A stretch of 64,000 nucleotides of DNA, from positions 441,989 through 505,988 of the forward strand of contig NMRA01000201.1 in assembly GCA_002633005.1 (NCBI GenBank). Direction: 5' to 3'. The notes under the pieces were generated by a model. The model was not told the DNA's origin. It saw nothing but the letters and a program-made list of their open reading frames with translations, and did no database searches. Both the position numbers and the translations under genes were made by a program. Shown piece by piece: positions 32,001 to 42,508 of this stretch. The first letter of the stretch is position 1. Each line of letters starts with the position of its first letter. Origin of the DNA: Phoronis australis (Eukaryota > Animalia > Phoronida).

Positions 32001-35000
32001 CGAAATTATTTTTCCGAACAAATCTCATCTATATTTTTGAGCATTTTGCCATCTAATGGCCCCAAACATTGTCAAACGGAAGATCATCTGTTTGCAATTC
32101 GGCGATTCGGGATAACAGCCATGGTCCGCCTCAGATAAACAAATATTCAGAAAAAAGTAGACAAAATAGACAAAAATCCACTAACAAGGCAGGATCTACC
32201 AAAATTCGGCAAATGCACGATTCATAGCTTTGAACGTACCCTGTACAGTGAATCTTAGGAACATTCGCAAAAATTCGAGCAATCATTTTTTAGGCTGGTT
32301 ACGCGCATGCAATATTTTCGAAATTTTTCAATTTTCTTATATATCGTCCACATGATCAAGCACCACCTTATACGGCACCAAAGTCATCTACCTTGGGCAA
32401 ATGTTAACAGCAATATGTTTTAAAATTATACTAGGCCAATAGGAAAAGTGTCGCCTTTTTCATTGCCACTGAGACTTCAAAACTCCGCAGGCTGTTTTTC
32501 GACCGAATTGCACCACAGCCATATCATTAGAAAGTCCTTCATGAGCTCTTGACGGTATGTGATTATATCGCTGAGAAGCAAAAGATAAATAATTTACTTC
32601 ATCAATAACTATTATTTTGCATAACTGACAGGATGAAAAATATTTTTTTTTAATTCTAAAAATCAAGAATATTACCAAAACCGCGAACAACAACAAAGAA
32701 TGTAACAGTGAAACACCTCGTTTACTAATTGGCTTATTAATTAACTAATTAGCCAATACATTAACTTGTAATGTCAAATATTAGGGTCGCAAGCTCTAAC
32801 ACTAGAATGCATTGGTCACTCGCGGGTACATGTATTTTGGCTTTTTATTGCTACAGTTTTTTGGTCACGTTAGCGCCATGTTCCATGCCACGTTCGGCAC
32901 CACCGAAATCACTAACCAGCTGCGCGGTTTTAGTGGATAATATCGACAACGTTGCTGGATACATAGTTCCAAGTGGAATTGTAATTGCAAACTTTTCCTT
33001 TTAGCTTACAATCAAGTTTCATTATTTACCAAATCTAATGTCTAAGTGTTTATAGTCGTCTATGCCAATTTTGCTTTGCAACGTACAAACGCCACCAAGT
33101 CAAGCTTATTCACGTCATTCTATATTTTAATAAAGAACTGATTTAGCTTAACGAAAGAAAAAGAGACAGATCTGACATTAGTAACAGAGTGTACATGTTG
33201 AGCATGTGATATGTCCATTTGTATCTGACTTGTTGACGGCAGTCAGCCGCGCTTGTCAAATTCTCCGTGTCCAAAATGTCTACATGTACGTCTGGGCAAC
33301 ACAGTAAACCTGCCAATTTGCAAAAAAATTTTTACCTATGGTAAGCTGTGTAACCTACATTATTGGCGATTGTTGAAATTAGACGCGTGCTGTTGGTTTC
33401 TTCTGAAAAATTTGCCAGCGTTCACTGAGTGGGTGAAGGGCTTTTCGTGACCCGTGAACCAATTTTTGTCTTGCGTAAACATGAATCTTTTTCGTATCCG
33501 TGACCAAATATTCGAAAGTCTTCGTGAACGTGATTTTATACGTCCAGGCTGTCGTGAATCGTGAAATCCGTTCGTGATCGGGAATTTGGGATCGGTGGGA
33601 GCGGGGCGGATATAGAATAGGGTGACGACAGGGGCACAGTTGGAGGCGACTGGGGCAGAATTCGTGGCGACATGGGGAGAATAGGTAATGATTGACTGGA
33701 TTGGAAGTGACCGGGGAAGAAATAAATTATTCTTTCGTAATCCGTGAAACTTCGAATTTAGTTGTTAGTTACACTTACCGACGACCATCGGATATAGCCC
33801 TCTTCTTGGTGAATGATAATAAAGGTAAAGAGACCCATCTTTGAGCTGTTCACAGCTGAAAATGTACCCAAAAGTGAAACGACATTTCTCTCGTAAATGC
33901 CCCAAGTCCACGCATCTCTTCAATTCAGTTCGGGTAATTAATATTACTGCCCGTACTTCAAAAGAATACATGGCATGACGTACTCAGACCAAGTTTGCAA
34001 TACCTGGGCTGCGAGTCGAAGTGCAAATTCCTTGCGAGCTAAAGCGATACACCGCCGTGCAATGCAGGCTAAGGTGATCGTGCTACATCTTACTTGTAGC
34101 TAATGCGTTCTGCGGAACGGGTCTTGACAATGCCAGGCACTCGCCAACGGCCACAAGACCATTGAGGATCTACGCCGACCCATGTTCGATGTAGCTTGCT
34201 CTCCCGAAAAATTCTTATGACACAAACTTACACGAACACGCTCACTCGCGGCTACCGTTAGGAGCGCACTCGCACAAAACAGAAGCACAGGGCTCGGTTT
34301 AAAACGATTTCGGCCAGCAGGCTGGACTAAATGAACGTTACAAACAATGAATTTTGTTAGCAGAAAGCCAACAGTTCAAGAAAGCCTAAATGGATGCTGA
34401 ACCAGACGTCAGTCACTACAGTAATTATTGCATTGTAGGACCTATACTTTGACGAATATTTCTCTTGCGCATGTCTTTCTTTCAAAACTGTACAGATTAC
34501 GGAGTGAATTTCAATCCAAATTGGCACAGTTCTTACGAATGAACACAGATTTCAGGCAACTGGTTCACAACTCCGATATTTTCATATGAAATTCTCAGAA
34601 GAGGTGCCACTTTCCAGCTAGTGAAAAGACGACGTTGCAGGAAGTAAAACCGTGAGTTACACCAGGCGCCGCTTGTACTCTATAGTAAATATTTAACTTG
34701 TGGTCAATAGAGTTGATCGCACCTTGTGCTTAAATCACAGAGCTTGTATGGAATGCAAGCCATTCTATTGTAATGAAGTCAACTGAAGAATCATTCGAAA
34801 AGTGAAAAAAAGTAAAAACTGTGGCGGTGCATTGTTTGGCGCGGAAAATTGACTTATACAATAGCATGACAAAAACCAAATTTAGGTTAGCTGAAACGCT
34901 TTCCTAGTTTTGACATACATGTGAATATAAGACCACTTACTGGAAATGTTAACCTCTAGACAAATATTTGGCGACTCCTTCAAAACTTTAATTGCTATTA

Positions 35001-38000
35001 AGGAGAATTGTGAAGTTTTCTACTACATGTTTTACTATAGTAACAGATTTATGTCCAAAACCGTACATGTAGTTTATATTCATACAGCATCATCACTCGG
35101 TCACTCATTAGCCATTAAATTTGCCAGGACATCTTTTGCAGTGCATGTTTAGTGAATCTCATGAGTTGTCATAGCAAAGCGTTGGCTAAAATTGATTTGT
35201 TGGATACAATTTTATTCTTCCATAAGTCAACTAAACTCAACGATGTACACACATACCTACGAGACACCTACCGGAACGACGGAGTTCGAACACCTTTATA
35301 TGAGATCGACAGAAGCGCGTGTAACGAATCCAGGTTCTGTAGGAAATCAACGACGCTCTCGCCTAGAGTTCGCAGCATCTTGTCAAACCCGTGCGACACG
35401 CAGTAGTCAAAGAATCCTTCGCCGAACATCAGGAACACATCTTCTACCGTTAATTCTGCGGGATTTGCAATGCCCATAGTTTCAGTGAAACTGCATCTAA
35501 AGGCATTAATCATTTCACCCTCACTGACTGCTTCTAGGCGCCAAAACTACGGCGAAGTTAAAACACAATACACAAAAAATCGCAATCGTCTGAAACTACA
35601 TGTTGCGAGAAATCTAGGCCTGCGCGTGCGTGGACCGTTGGAGTCAGCTACAGAGTATGAATGCACACGATTACTATAATTTCAACTGTTACCTACCCAA
35701 ATGCGTGGCGATTCCTTCAAAAAGTTTCATTGAGATGGAGTCGTCGTAAACGTCATACATCATAAAGTCTTCGTTTCGTCTAAGTCCTGTCTTTTCTCTG
35801 TAAAAACGATTTATTTTCATTTAAGTACAAAGTGGCGTTAGTTTATTTTCAAAAACTTCGATATTCACATTTGCTTTCGTTTGGACGGATCACTGAATTA
35901 TTAGGGAATCTTTCTTTGCGTCTACGAATGTCCTTGTTTTTCTTAGAACACGCGTAATCCTACGTCGCTAAGAGTGCGATTTTTCTAGTAATTGATTTAT
36001 TTACATGTATTTATCTCTTTGATACCACTGGATGTCTGAAAATTTTCAATGTGCATGAGCCGTTCCATTGTCAAATGTATTGTTTTCATATTTGTAAAAC
36101 AAGTTACTGAATGATTTTTAACGCAAACATTCAACTTTATGCAACAATGAATGAAGAATAGTTACAACTGATCTTCATACTGCTGTGTGTAAGGAAATAG
36201 TTAAGGTTTGCCTTGCTGATGTTATCCTGAATCCTGTAATTAAGTAGACTATTGTGGATTAAAACACTGCTTCGCTGACGGGCCGACTGGAATGGAGCTC
36301 CATCTCAAGAAGTACCGAATTGTCAATTTTTCGAGCACTGAAATCGCCCTCGTTCAAATACTTTTGCATATCACGAATCTCGATATTATAACCACTGGTA
36401 CAAACACGTACGTTGTATAACCTATATGTCTTCACTTTGAACTCGTAACTTTTATCTATCACGTCAATTTCACCCGCATAATGTCTTGCCACCGCATAAA
36501 TTGAGCATGATTCTGTATCTAATGGCAATCCCAGAAACCTAGCCACTGAAGCTCCCAGCAGGGAGGCACATGCCTCCAACCATTACCTCCTCATTCTCTA
36601 CTTCTAGCAGAAGCACGACTCTGTGAGTACTTAAAATTGTAACAAGAATGAGCAATATTTGATAGCAAATGAGTAAATTAAAGTCATAGCGATGCGGGTA
36701 AAGCATTTTCATATTTATAGGTCTCAGTATTATTTTGTAGACCCCCCTAGTTCACGAAGAAACTTCTCTAGAATTGTGCAGCCAACACGGGCTCTTTGCT
36801 TGGCAAATTTCTCAGTTATGAATGCTATGGAATTGGTAAATGTTCAAGTCAAGTTTCGAGCGACAAATTATACCCCAGCCCTGCCATACTGGCAATTCTT
36901 TGAGTTTTGTCATTGCTGGATGGCAAATTGTTGCTAGTGAAGCCTTCCAGTTGAACCTCGTTGTACTGCTGCTTTATTGAGATCGATTGTTTTCTGATAC
37001 GCGAGACACATCGAGTACAAAATCATAAACCCTTCCCTTGATTTCGAGCTTAAGTTGAAGCAAAACAAAGAGTTTAGTTTCGAGTAAAAAGGTATTGCAC
37101 CCCAGACCTTAACCGCTGTGTTGTGTACTTACAAAATGGCGTCCATTTGTTCCAGTCCATACTTGTTAATAATGAGGTCTCGTATGACCACGTGGAATAA
37201 ACCGTACTGTAACAGAGTGGGAAATGCATTCACAGTTAAGCGTTCATTAATTAGTGTTTGTGATTTAATCCTTGTTGATTTTTAACTGCACTATATAATA
37301 CCCGAAACATATCACGAGTAAGGCTGGCACGAATACATCACTGAGGATGTCAAGATGGCAGGCACGTGCTACGGAGAACAGCTTCTGACTCCGATTCAGG
37401 TCCACGAGTAAAGCGGAAGCGACAAAAGACAGACAGGCAGGTAGCCTTGGTACAAAGCTGTATACTTTATGCAGCTTAGCACCGATGTGGGCAAAAAAGT
37501 GGTAAGATAAAATCTGACACAAAATTAGTGTCATTAAAAATACAGTCTTACTTGAGTAAACTAAATTCAGTATTTTAAGGTGTTGGAAAAAATGGCGTTC
37601 TACCGTTATTCTGCTGCTAAAATGGTGGAGCGATCTTTAGCGACGGCTTTCGGCGCCATGAAATATTGCGTCACCTATTGGCCAGTTTCTTTTTTCTCGG
37701 ATTCTTCAATCAGCTTCTTTCACGAGGTTGCGTACACGTCACAATACGTTATCGGAACTGGTTTCACTTTATTATTAAGTGTTTAGAATTTTGACTCCGA
37801 AAAACCGAATTTCAGAAGAAATTTTGCTGCTGCCAAGCTATCATCATCTCCCGACAGATGTCGCAAAACTTTAGGAATTGGCGCGTGCGCGTGACACGAG
37901 CGTACTGTTTTCAAAACGACGAAAAACTGTTCATTGTTAGAGAAGGCGGAGTGTAATCATGCGCGCACCCATGGGGACTCGAACGAGCCCTCCCATTTGG

Positions 38001-38921
38001 CGAAGTGGGCAAAAAGGTCCGCCTGGAGAAACAAAAAGTCTGAGTAAGTGACAAAAGTGCACAAAAAAGACGCAGACGCACAGTTCTAAAGGTCCTACCA
38101 ATGATTTGTCAGCAAAAGGTCCACATCGACAGAAATTTAAGCCCCCCATTTTCAAGGCTGGTGCGCGCATGGAGTTACGCAAGAAAATGACGTTTATTGC
38201 ATTGTTTTTCACTTAAACGGCTGTATAACGGGCACGGTGAGTGTCGGTTTATTCCCAGATTTGGAATGCACCCCGTCCGGTCTTTAGCTCTACATGTTGA
38301 TGCAAGTTTCACGGCGAGGTGACGAGCAGAACTACCCGGGCTGTGTGCAATTTCGGGGTTTACGGAAGAAATACACCCAGTGGTGTCTAGCTGTATTTTG
38401 ACGACAGTCTTCATACAGCTATCTGGCTTGCTAACAGGCAGGGTGCATTTTACACTTTTCCATTGTTGCTGCGATACAAAAGTGGCCGAGCAGGGAAGGT
38501 GTCCGGATTCCGAAAACACGTACCACATGGATCCGCGTCTATTTCGACAACCGCTCCGAAGATTGAAAAATATATTCCACAATGTGCTGTCACCATGTTC
38601 AAGTTAACACTGTGCACCATTCGCATTTTTTGCGTCATGAAGGGACGTTCAGAAAGCTAATCCACGTTTGCAGTGTTCAAACCATGATTTGAAAATTCCA
38701 GAAGACAATATTTGTACTTAAATTCCCTCGCACGTTTGCAGGGTTGCGAAAGAAAACATCGAAGCAAACACTTCCCTGTTTGTGGCATATTATCATGGAC
38801 TGAGCTGGTAAACTATACAAAAAACAGCCGAATCACTGTTCATATAAAATTGATATTATGTCAACCTTCACTTGGGCCCTTTGCGCCTTTTTGGTTGTAT
38901 TAATTTCACTTAACTTACCAT
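19765..38921 (-). CDS. Soluble guanylate cyclase beta-type subunit (beta-2/atypical-like; H-NOX, PAS/HNOBA, coiled coil, cyclase); 12 exons, exon 7 incomplete in the assembly
   Basis: Exons on the minus strand: 38921-38919, 37206-37133, 35797-35697, 35455-35272, 33855-33779, 31638-31066, 30681-30673(+gap), 29553-29408, 24927-24779, 24126-23980, 21332-21178, 20041-19765. All visible junctions are GT-AG with matching phases. Motifs: [112 protein letters not shown]. Confidence 0.93.
20129..20676. repeat. Degenerate palindromic MITE-like repeat with a G-rich insertion at about 20218-20365
   Basis: Homologous to 17703..18089, with internal inverted tgctccagtacata/taatgtattcgagca. Confidence 0.5.
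21178..21332 (-). CDS. sGC exon 11 (cyclase signature)
   Basis: [52 protein letters not shown]|gtttgt. Confidence 0.95.
23359..23495. mobile_element. hAT-type MITE (TIR CAGTGCTGTAGTGG, 8-bp TSD)
   Basis: attttgga|cagtgctgtagtgg...ccactacagcactg|attttggg. Confidence 0.85.
23980..24126 (-). CDS. sGC exon 10 (cyclase)
   Basis: tctcag|[49 protein letters not shown]|gtaaat. Confidence 0.93.
24779..24927 (-). CDS. sGC exon 9 (cyclase, first metal-binding Asp)
   Basis: [50 protein letters not shown]|gtgggc. Confidence 0.93.
25067..26769 (-). mobile_element. Degenerate Tc1-family (DD34E) DNA transposon in sGC intron 8
   Basis: Frameshifted transposase with FSDESR, FGGASVM and [22 protein letters not shown] motifs. 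Diverged TIRs of about 65 bp lie at about 25067-25132 and 26702-26769. Confidence 0.9.
25821..26510. other. 342-bp direct duplication flanking N (26163); probable assembly artefact
   Basis: 25821-26162 vs 26169-26510, near identical. Confidence 0.85.
26920..27740. repeat. Dispersed repeat (copy at 37480..38430) ending in a hairpin at 27604-27739
   Basis: Colinear similarity, e.g. ataaaatctgacacaaaattagtgtcattaaaa, ggcgttctaccgttattctgct, gagcgtactgttttcaaaacgacga. Inverted arms gccagccagctagctgtat / atacagctagctggctggc. Confidence 0.8.
29408..29553 (-). CDS. sGC exon 8 (coiled coil / signalling helix)
   Basis: ttttgatgtag|[49 protein letters not shown]|gtaagc. This exon is not in the supplied ORF track. 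Confidence 0.92.
30145..30671 (+). mobile_element. 5' end of a THAP-domain DNA transposon (Kolobok-like), truncated at N
   Basis: TTAA|AGG start. THAP C2CH domain with one frameshift: [12 protein letters not shown]...LHRFP...RRTWLVLV / [21 protein letters not shown]...RLKQDAIP (30410-30671). Confidence 0.8.
30673..30681 (-). CDS. sGC exon 7, first 9 nt only (GQM), cut by the single N at 30672
   Basis: gtttttgcttgttcactgaatgttcgttctgccag|GT CAA ATG C n. Phase 1 completes the conserved HNOBA G-Q-M motif. Confidence 0.7.
31066..31638 (-). CDS. sGC exon 6 (H-NOX end and PAS/HNOBA)
   Basis: [17 protein letters not shown]...[18 protein letters not shown]...[25 protein letters not shown]...GIVVS-G|gtaatt. 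Confidence 0.9.
33443..33750. repeat. Cluster of short CGTGA motifs with G-rich spacer (likely TE subterminal repeats)
   Basis: About ten (t/c)cgtga-type units, e.g. ttcgtgacccgtgaa, tcgtgaacgtga, tcgtgaatcgtgaa. Confidence 0.5.
33779..33855 (-). CDS. sGC exon 5 (YxSxR motif)
   Basis: ttttcag|[26 protein letters not shown]|gtaagt. Confidence 0.92.
35272..35455 (-). CDS. sGC exon 4 (H-NOX, heme-ligating His105)
   Basis: [62 protein letters not shown]. Confidence 0.93.
35697..35797 (-). CDS. sGC exon 3 (H-NOX)
   Basis: tttttacag|[33 protein letters not shown]|gtaggt, 101 nt. Confidence 0.9.
37133..37206 (-). CDS. sGC exon 2 (H-NOX N-terminus)
   Basis: acag|[25 protein letters not shown]|gtaagt, 74 nt. 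Confidence 0.9.
37480..38430. repeat. Dispersed repeat, second copy, interrupted by MITE 37958..38171
   Basis: Homologous to 26920..27740 on both sides of the insertion. Confidence 0.8.
37958..38171. mobile_element. MITE with CATGCGCGCACC TIRs; related copies at about 7640-7771 and 30889-31000
   Basis: catgcgcgcacc ... ggtgcgcgcatg. The internal gaacgagccc...caaaaaggt.cgcc...gagaaacaaaaagtc is shared among three loci. Confidence 0.7.
38919..38921 (-). CDS. sGC candidate exon 1 coding part (ATG only)
   Basis: Minus strand gcaATG|gtaagt is a perfect donor 1.7 kb upstream of exon 2. Exon 2 starts at phase 0 with YGL, and H-NOX proteins begin MYG. Confidence 0.55.
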
Positions 38922-39509
38922 TGCAACATGAACCTCTTTACTATTAATTTACGTATTTTAAAATGTATGTTCCTTGCAACACGCGTCGCGTGTTTACGCT
39001 TGCGAACAAATGCCTTGAATATAGCGTTTTCTAAATGGATTGTCATGTATACTGGATCAAATCTATGTCTCCGCGGACACAAAAACATTTATTGGCTAGT
39101 GGCTGTCGGTAGGCAGTCTTTTTCGTGTATGAACCTACAAGTAAGTTCCGTTCATACAAGGCGTTTTTGCGGAAAAACTTGCAGAAACATTTTCCGTAAC
39201 ATGGGAAACTTTGTGCATTAAAACAAAAATTTCGGAACCATTGCATTTATTTAGACGCCTTAATATTTAACGCAGTTTTTTGACAAATTCGCATGAACGG
39301 GTCTTGCATTTTTCGTAATGTTTTATATGGGCGTGGTTGTTTTGCACAGCGGCATGAATGATGTATATGAAAACCGGTAATTCATTGGCCCTTTGTAAAA
39401 ATCATAGATTTACATCGAATAATTATCAATCAATCATCGAGAGAAATTAACCATTGATATTGGTTCCAACGTTTCATAATTAATTTTTTGACTTTTCGTG
39501 ATTTAAAAN

Positions 39510-39654
39510 ACGAAATTAGCTACTAAAAATCCCAAAAAATCTTACACGGGATTAGGGAAACCCTCTCGCGACCTTCCTTCTCCTCGGCGCTACGCGCCTC
39601 GGATTGTTTCGAATCCTAAACCCCCCCCTTACTGAAATCTTAGATCTGCCACTG
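39510..39654. mobile_element. MITE fragment, CAGTGGC(G/A)GATC family (related to 52019..52242)
   Basis: Ends cttagatctgccactg. The internal ctcggcgctacgcgcctcgga matches 52079-52099 in reverse. Confidence 0.65.
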
Positions 39655-39899
39655 ATTTACAACCAGAAGAAAACACCGTGAAACTCTGGCTTTCAATCCA
39701 ATTGATAAATGTTGTTTCAGCTTCTAGGATGCCAATTTGAACAACGATATACCTGCCAAAGCTCTGACTATGAGACGCAAAGAGCATCACAGGAGGATAG
39801 AAGTTATGGACCTCAAGGAAAGAGTTCTTCTTTTGAAAGAAATGAAAAACCAGAAAGAAATAAGTAGATAAACGTAAGAAAGAACATGAATTTTTACCG

Positions 39900-41417
39900 T
39901 GTAACCAGATTTTATTAAATTTTGAAGAGTATAAGAACTTAATTGCAAGAGTAATTGAAATTAAGTCTTTAAAGTCGATGGAATTTAACGCCGTTTGGTA
40001 GAGTAACGGTAATTAGAATGTTAGCTGTTTCTAAACTTATTTTTTGTTGTCAAGTTCAGCAAGTCACCCAGTAAAATTCTTGAATGAATTGAATTTGACA
40101 TTCTTTAGATTTGTATGGCAGCCTCGTAATCATAAAATTAAACGAACTACGGCCTGTTTAGGACTAGATCAAGGGGGACTTCAAGTTGTTAATGTACATA
40201 CTTTCAGCAAAACTTTAAAACTCGCCATGGACCATAGATGTCTTGAAAGCCATGCGTCTAAACTGGTCAGTTACTATAATTTTACCCGTTTTTAAAGAAT
40301 TTTGCTTCATTTTGAGAAGACTTTATTAAGTCAAAGTTAACTCTAATTGATAATTCCTATTGGCGCGACGTTCTTGAAGTGTGACATCTTTCTATAAAAA
40401 AATAATCGTTGCGAGTGAAAAAGAGTTTTTGAATAAACCTTTCTGGTTTGATAGTAACTTGGGGATCGGAGGCAGAAGTGTTCTTTATAAGTCGTAAAAG
40501 GCTTAAGATTTATCAGAGATATGGCAATTTTGTTAGTTTATACAGTATGATAAACGGGTTCGATGTAAAAACAAACTTTGTAGAATAGAATGGTGTTGTT
40601 TCTGTTCTAAAATGATTTCAAAAAATCTATTTAAAAGTAAATTTAGTGTTAATGTCTACATGTATTCTCTTTGTATAGCTTTAGCAATTACTCACTTACA
40701 GAAAGATGTAAAGGCATTTTTGTTCTAAGTATCTTTAACGACATTAAGAAACCTAAGTCAGAGTGTAAATGGGAAATAGAGTTAGGAGATAGTTTAGAAT
40801 GGAAGAAAATACATGTATATGCATTGCCTTATGAAATTACAAAAGATTCCAACATTAGATGGTTCCAATTTAGAATAATGCACAAGATTATTGCATTAAA
40901 TTCTTTTTTAGTCAAAATCTAAGTTCGAGATTCCAATTTATGTTCCTTCTGTAAAAAAGCTCCTGAGACGCTGTCGCACCTTTCTTTGGGAATGCCGCCC
41001 CGTAGAAGACTTTTGGAAGGAATTCAGAAAACTACTTCAAAAGCGTCTCATTCAGCTTCCCAACTATTTCTCTTACAAACGTGTTATTCTTGGACTTTAT
41101 GAGACACATGATTTTCTATTTAACATTTTGCAATTATTAGCTAAACAGTACATTTAGAAGGAGAGATGTCATAAAAATACACGAAGTTCATGAGTACTAT
41201 ATTTAATAATGCTAAAAAATTAATTGCATATAAAAAATTGTGTATGACAGCTTCTCTGGGAAATGGGAAAATTTTATTGTTCACCTTAACTTCACGTAGC
41301 AGTTGGAGAATGGTCTCTCCCAACGGTGTGCATGCGTGAATGAATGGTTGTATTTGTTTGTTTGTTTGTTTGTTTATGTACTTGTTTATCAATGACAATA
41401 AACATATGAAGAAAAAA
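39900..41417 (+). mobile_element. 5'-truncated, decayed L1/Tx1-clade LINE (ORF2 C-terminus)
   Basis: LTPFGRVTVIRMLAVSKL, FFRFVW...KIKR...GGL, IRWFQFRIMHKII, and a zf-RVT-like CSFC...ETLSHL. Has stops and frameshifts, and a 3' (TTTG)n, AATAAA and A-rich tail. Confidence 0.88.
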
Positions 41418-41542
41418 TGTTTGGGCCCCCTTTTGATATCTTAGATTCGCACACTTTCGTGTTGGGAATTAATCGCCCTCCATGACTGCAATCTCCCTAT
41501 AATTTATCGGCGTACAAATGTGATGTTGCTTACTAGAAAGTC

Positions 41543-41698
41543 CAGTGCTGTAGTGGTAAAATTATAGGTAAGTAGGCGCCCAAAGCCCACAGTATCACCT
41601 TGAGCACTGAACGTAACTTACGGTGCGTAGGCGCTTCGTTCGAATGCCAAAAGGTGGTTGGCTGCGCCAACTTGCGCCTACGCCCCACTACAGCACTA
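41543..41698. mobile_element. hAT-type MITE, perfect 8-bp TSD
   Basis: agaaagtc|cagtgctgtagtgg...ccactacagcacta|agaaagtc. Confidence 0.88.
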
Positions 41699-42301
41699 AG
41701 AAAGTCTCTCGTTGAGCAACGTGTGCATCAAATTTGCTTTTGAACTTCGTATAAATGAATGATAAAAGAAATCTTTTGTGGTACCAATGTTTGTACAAAT
41801 CATATCATTTTAATTATATAGCATATTATAAAAGAACCATTACTCAATATTTTGATTTTAGAAGTTCTGTGGCAAAATGAAATTAAGGACGTTCTCGCTT
41901 AGCTAGGGCATCAAGCACCATCCTGCTTTACTCTTAAAGGAACATGTTAACGGACGAGTGTACTGTGGTGCCATAACTAAATTTTGGTTTTGGTGATCAT
42001 CTACGACGAAAGATGCGTTTCGTTCAATCGTCCCGGTTAACTGCCAATAATGTAGCACTCGAGGTCATACCGCTAACCCCATCTCTTAGCAAACGTGAAC
42101 ATTGCATGAACGTGCATAAATGTATAAAGGAAGCGTCTTTTCCCTTCACTTAATTAGGATAACTTCATAAACGACAACGGTTCATGTTACTGCGTGTTTT
42201 ATTAGCCAATAGGTGAACACGAATTTGCCACGTAGCCGAATAATAGTAATGGACAAAATTACATCCAATAGCATAATGTGATTTCTCTTAAGCGCTGATA
42301 C

Positions 42302-42508
42302 TCAAATGCACTGGATTGCGAGGTGATTACTCCAAGGGGAGTCTTTCCGTTTTTCTCCAATTTCGAAGCTGAACTGTGATCCTGGACAACACACAAGTCC
42401 GTTTGCGCTGCTCTTTTCTTTGAAAAGTTCACCTGTATCCGGGTTCTTTCTTGTATTTACAACATACTCTCCACGAGGGATGCAATCGTGCGTGATCGAC
42501 TTCTTAGG
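42302..42508 (-). CDS. Cys module exon 2 (terminal) of the secreted protein (C-CC-C)
   Basis: ttttttatctttaag|PKKSITHDCIPRGEYVVNTRKNPDTGELFKEKSSANGLVCCPGSQFSFEIGEKRKDSPWSNHLAIQCI TGA. Confidence 0.68.
   Translation of the reverse strand, partial: PKKSITHDCIPRGEYVVNTRKNPDTGELFKEKSSANGLVCCPGSQFSFEIGEKRKDSPWSNHLAIQCI

Noticed and set aside
33443-33750. CRISPR-like or regularly spaced array
   Set aside because: The repeats are 5-6 bp and irregularly spaced, the context is eukaryotic, and there are no cas genes.
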